Of a DNA stretch of 64,000 bases, positions 58,401 through 64,000 are shown one piece after another. How positions within the stretch are numbered: the first letter of the stretch is position 1; each line of letters starts with the position of its first letter. The stretch is from the human T2T-CHM13v2.0 reference genome, Homo sapiens: assembly GCF_009914755.1 (NCBI RefSeq), contig NC_060934.1; one strand, written 5' to 3'. The position numbers were made by a program, and so were the translations under genes. The notes under the pieces were generated by a model. The model made no database searches, was not told the origin of the DNA, and worked only from the letters and a program-made list of their open reading frames with translations.

Positions 58401-61029
58401 TTCACCAATGACCCCGACTTGGCTGCCGCTGGTGGGGGCTTCTTCCCGTCTCTCTGAAGTGTCACTGGAAGGAATAGGCCCAGGAGAGGGCAGTTCGTTG
58501 GGTTGACAGAAGAGGGACCCTTGGGGAGTTGCCCCTTGCCAAAGTCTCTTTAGGCAGCCTGTAGGGGCCTCCCAATAGCTATCTTGCCCAGCCTACGTGG
58601 GTGGAGGATGGGATGCCTGTGGCCTCTGAGGAAGGGGCTGCCTGGGCTCAGATTTTCACCCTCCTGGCCCCACCCCAACCCCAACCAATGAGACTGCAGC
58701 CAGTGGGGTCCCAGGTGCTCTGAGTCTTATGTCATGCTGCTTTCCTTGACACTGCCATCGATGTGTAGATGAACCCCATCCCCTGCATCCTAAAGTTGGT
58801 TGTTTTCATTGTTTTTAAGTTTTCCCTAACTTAACAGTACAAAGTAGTGCCTTAATTGTAAGACATGGGTTCTGGGAGATAGGAATCCTGTGTGGTGGTT
58901 CCAGGGCAGCCACTTGCTTACCCAGGAAGGGGTTGTCTTGTGACTTGGGGTCTCATCCTGGGCTCAGGAATCCTGTAGGGGGAGGGGAGGACCTGGCAGG
59001 GAGCTCTGCATAGGTGGGTTTGTGGATGTCTCCCTTTCTGCAGCTCAGTGCTGCTCAAATGTGGGTAATACGTGGACTTCCAATTCACAGCCCTATTGAG
59101 ATCTAATTCACATGCTGTACAATTCACTCATTTAGTAGCTTTTAGTACATTCAAAGAGCTGTTGTCTCACCACAGTCTAATTTTACAACATTTTCATCAA
59201 CCTCAAAAGATACCCCAGTACCCATTGGTAGTCACTCCCCACCCCCAGCCCGCTAGCATGCTCTGTATCTCTATAGATTTGCTAATTCTAGACATTTCAT
59301 ATAAATGAAATCATACAACATATGGGTTTTTTGTAGACTCCCTCTCTCTCTCTTTTTTTTCTTGAGATGGAGTCTCGCTCTGTTGCCCAGTCTGGAGTAT
59401 AGTGGCGTGATCTCGGCTGATGGCAACCTCCGCCTCCCGGGTTCAAGCGATTCTCCTGCCTAAGCTTCCCGAGTAGCTGGGATCACAGGCACCTGCCACC
59501 ATGCCCAGCTAATTTTTGTATTTTTAGTAGAGATGAGGTTTCACCGTGTTGGCCAGGCTGGTCTTGAACTCCTGACCTCAGGTGATCCATCTGCCTCGGC
59601 CTCCCATAATGCTGGGATTACAGGCATGAGCCACCACGCCTGGCCCTCTCTCTCTCTCTCTTTTTTAAAGGTCTCACTCTGTTGCTCAGGCTGGGGTGCA
59701 GTGGTGCAATCACGGCTCACTGAAGCCTCAACCTCCTGGGCTCAGGTGATCCTCCCTCCTCAGTCTCCTGAGTAGCTAGGACCACAGGCATGTGCCACCA
59801 CATCCGGCTAATTTAAAAGTTTTTTTAATAGAGACAAGGTCTTGTGTTGCCCAGGTCTTCAACTCCTGAGCTCAGGACTCCCTTTTGAAAAACAACAACA
59901 AACCCCTCACTTGCTGATTGACATTATTCTTACTGTAATATAACTGAAATGTGTATAAGACCAGGCATAAGCACCTTAGACTTAAAGTTTTTACAAAACT
60001 ATTAAAAAAACAGGAAATAGTAGTAAAACCAGAAAGCCAACTCATTTCCAATGAACAATTACTTTAATTGGAAGGATGTTAACTGCACCTACATTGCCAG
60101 CCTTGGGTTGATGGTAGAGAGCTGTGCCCTTGGGCCTCTCCTGTGTTCCCTGCCTCTGTTTCTTGGGCCTGTTGTATAGGGAAGTACTAATAATGTTGGG
60201 CTGATGGGACGGGTTGGGGTAATCAGACCTCACATTTAAGCCTAGACTACGTGTGAGCAATCCCTGAATGTCTGTTTTAATGGGGTATTGCCCGATACTC
60301 GGAAAGCTGGCTTGTTTGATTGAAGATAAGCATGGAATAGTGGCATTATTGAAATCTGCTTGTAGTGGCTCTTAAACCCACTTCTTTTTTTTTTGGAGAC
60401 AGAGTCTCGCTCTGTCGCCCAGGCATGGTGCGATCTGGGCTCACTGCAAGCTCCGCCTCCTGGGTTCACACCATTCTTCTGCCTCAGCCTCCTGAGTAGC
60501 TGGGACTACAGTCACCTGCCACCACGCCTGGCTAATTTTTTGTATTTTTAGTAGAGACGGGGTTTCACCATGTTAGCCAGGATGGTCTCGATCTCCTGAC
60601 TTCGTGATCCACTTGCCTCGGCCTCCCAAAGTGCTGGGATTACAGGCGTGAGCCACTGTGCCCAGCCTAAACCCACTTCTTGTAGGAATCAGGAATTTGG
60701 CACAGAGATGGGCTTTACTCACTTCACACAGATGCTGTCAACATGCACATGGTCCTGACTGCTAAGAGGCTGGGCCTTTGAACTGGGCACCTCCAGGCTG
60801 CCATGGGCTATGGGGTGGCTCTGTTCTCCCTCCCCACCTGCTTTTTTTTTCCTATTTGAATCACAACCTTTCTTTGTGCTGTGTGTGATGATATCATTTG
60901 GCCTTCATGGAGAAGGAACTGGATTGTAAACACAGGAGCAAACTTGAGGCTCAAATTGTAGGGCACTGCTTGCTTATGAGATGGTTATTCAGATGACCAG
61001 GGGATGCTCTCATTACTTTTTGAAATGAC

Positions 61030-62300
<1,271 letters not shown>

Positions 62301-62459
62301 ATTTCACAGATCCCTAAGCAGGTATTCATGGAGTCTGGACTGAGTCATGTTCTCAGTTTTGGCAACCCAGGGTCCTGCATCACCTCTTGGGAATCCTGGG
62401 ATCTCCCTTGGTGGGTGAGGACACTGTGTCTCACTCCATAGTCCCATTTTTGTGGGTAA

Positions 62460-62702
<243 letters not shown>

Positions 62703-62959
62703 TAGCCTGTTTCTGGCACATAAACAAGAGGTGCTTACTGTAGAACTGTTCCTTAGTTTCTCCACCCGTGAAGGAGGTCTGTGAGCAGCCCAGCCATGGC
62801 CACAGCCTGGGCTCTGCGGACAGTGATGTCTGCAGTGGGTCAGACATGCCACATTGACTTCCTTTCCAGATCCTCTTTTCCTCTGTCTGTCTTTTGTGTC
62901 GCTTTCCACAATGGCCTGTGTGAGCCTCAGGACCAGTTCCTCTTTTGGGATGCTGCTTC

Positions 62960-63815
62960 CTTCTAAGATTGCAGCTGAGGGTGGCGTTGGCCCCCTTGTC
63001 TGTCTGTTCAGTCCTCACTGCACACCCACTTCCCCCAAGTCTGGCCCGTTTCAGTTGGTGGCAACCCCATGCTTCTAGGTGTTCAGGCCAAACACTGCAA
63101 AGCTGTCCGTGGTTTCTCTCTTTCTCTTACACTTCAGAAAAGATGTGCCAGGAGGTTCACTGGCCTCACCTTCAGCATGGATGCACGGCGAGCCATGTCC
63201 TCACCTGTCCTCTGCTGCTAGCCCCGCCTCCAGCATCACCTGCACTGTTGGAGTAGCCACCTGATGTTTCTGCTGGTTTCTGCCCTTGTCCCCAACCAAC
63301 TCTTCTAACACAGCAGCTAGCAGACCTTGTCAGAACTTAAAACTCAGGTCAGAGCACTTCTCTGTCCTAAGCTCCCTAGGGGCTCCCTGTATCCTCACAG
63401 TAAAAGCCAGTGTCCTTACTGTGGCTTCCAGGACACCATCATCCAATACCCAGCCTCATGCTCACCTTGTCACAGCCGCACCGGCTAGCTCATGGCTCTT
63501 TCAATACCCTAGGAACGCCCCTCCCCCACAGGACATTTGCATAGACTAGCCCTGCGACCGGAGGTCCTTTTTCTCCAGAGAGCCACAGGGCTGCCTTGTC
63601 ACTTCCTTCAGTCTTTACTCTCATGTGAGGCCTCCCCTGTATACCTTGTCTAAAATTTCACCTCTTCCCTGCATCTCCTTGTATACTATTTTACTAATTT
63701 ATATAGTTTATTTCTGTGTCTCTTGCTAGTGTGCATGAGGCAGGGATTTTTGCTCTGTATTTCTGGCTCCTAGAACAGTGCCTCACACATAGGTGGTGTC
63801 CCAGAAATGTTTGTA
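62960..63815 (+). mobile_element. L2 LINE 3' remnant
   Basis: caggacatttgcat..catgaggcagggatttt..cctagaacagtgcctcacacataggtg. Confidence 0.7.
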
Positions 63816-64000
63816 GGATAGCTACAGGAAGAGAGAATGCATGAGCCCATTTTATAGATGAGAAAATGATCCTCAGAAAGGTGGACTGGAACCTGGTCTC
63901 TCCACTCCCTGCCCAGGGCTCTCTGGCTGAACCACAGTTGCCACCTCCTCTTCCCCATATCCCTGACTCCAGAACAGTCACGTGAACCTCGTGGGTTTGA

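Overview
Alu-rich primate genomic DNA, almost certainly human chr10q22.1. The only protein-coding gene with CDS in the window is NODAL (minus strand; three coding exons at 10907-11099, 4714-5411 and 2367-2519; 1044 nt = 347-aa TGF-beta-family preproprotein). Its core promoter, poly(A) signals and a 116-nt intron-2 cassette exon can be read directly; this haplotype carries a GC rather than GT donor for the cassette. Motif clusters match the known NODAL enhancer series: paired FOXH1 sites in intron 1 (ASE), FOXH1+SMAD at -4.2 kb, an RBPJ cluster at -9.5 kb, and three TCF/LEF sites at -14 kb. Further right lie an orphan CpG island (~27.8 kb), a second CpG-island promoter with a non-coding first exon (~48.2-48.48 kb; PALD1 by synteny only), and a decayed, Alu-interrupted YY1 processed pseudogene (minus, 53265-55754) in its first intron. 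The rest is Alu, MIR, L1, L2, DNA-transposon and microsatellite sequence, and nearly all listed ORFs are artefacts of it. I found no convincing wholly new biological system. The least-explained signals are a 101-nt hairpin at 32.8 kb, an 11-copy CAGAC cluster at 50.2-50.7 kb, a 28-bp E-box palindrome at 47.35 kb, a double E-box at 31 kb and the orphan CpG island. SNP IDs, enhancer names and repeat family names are recalled from memory and need database confirmation.
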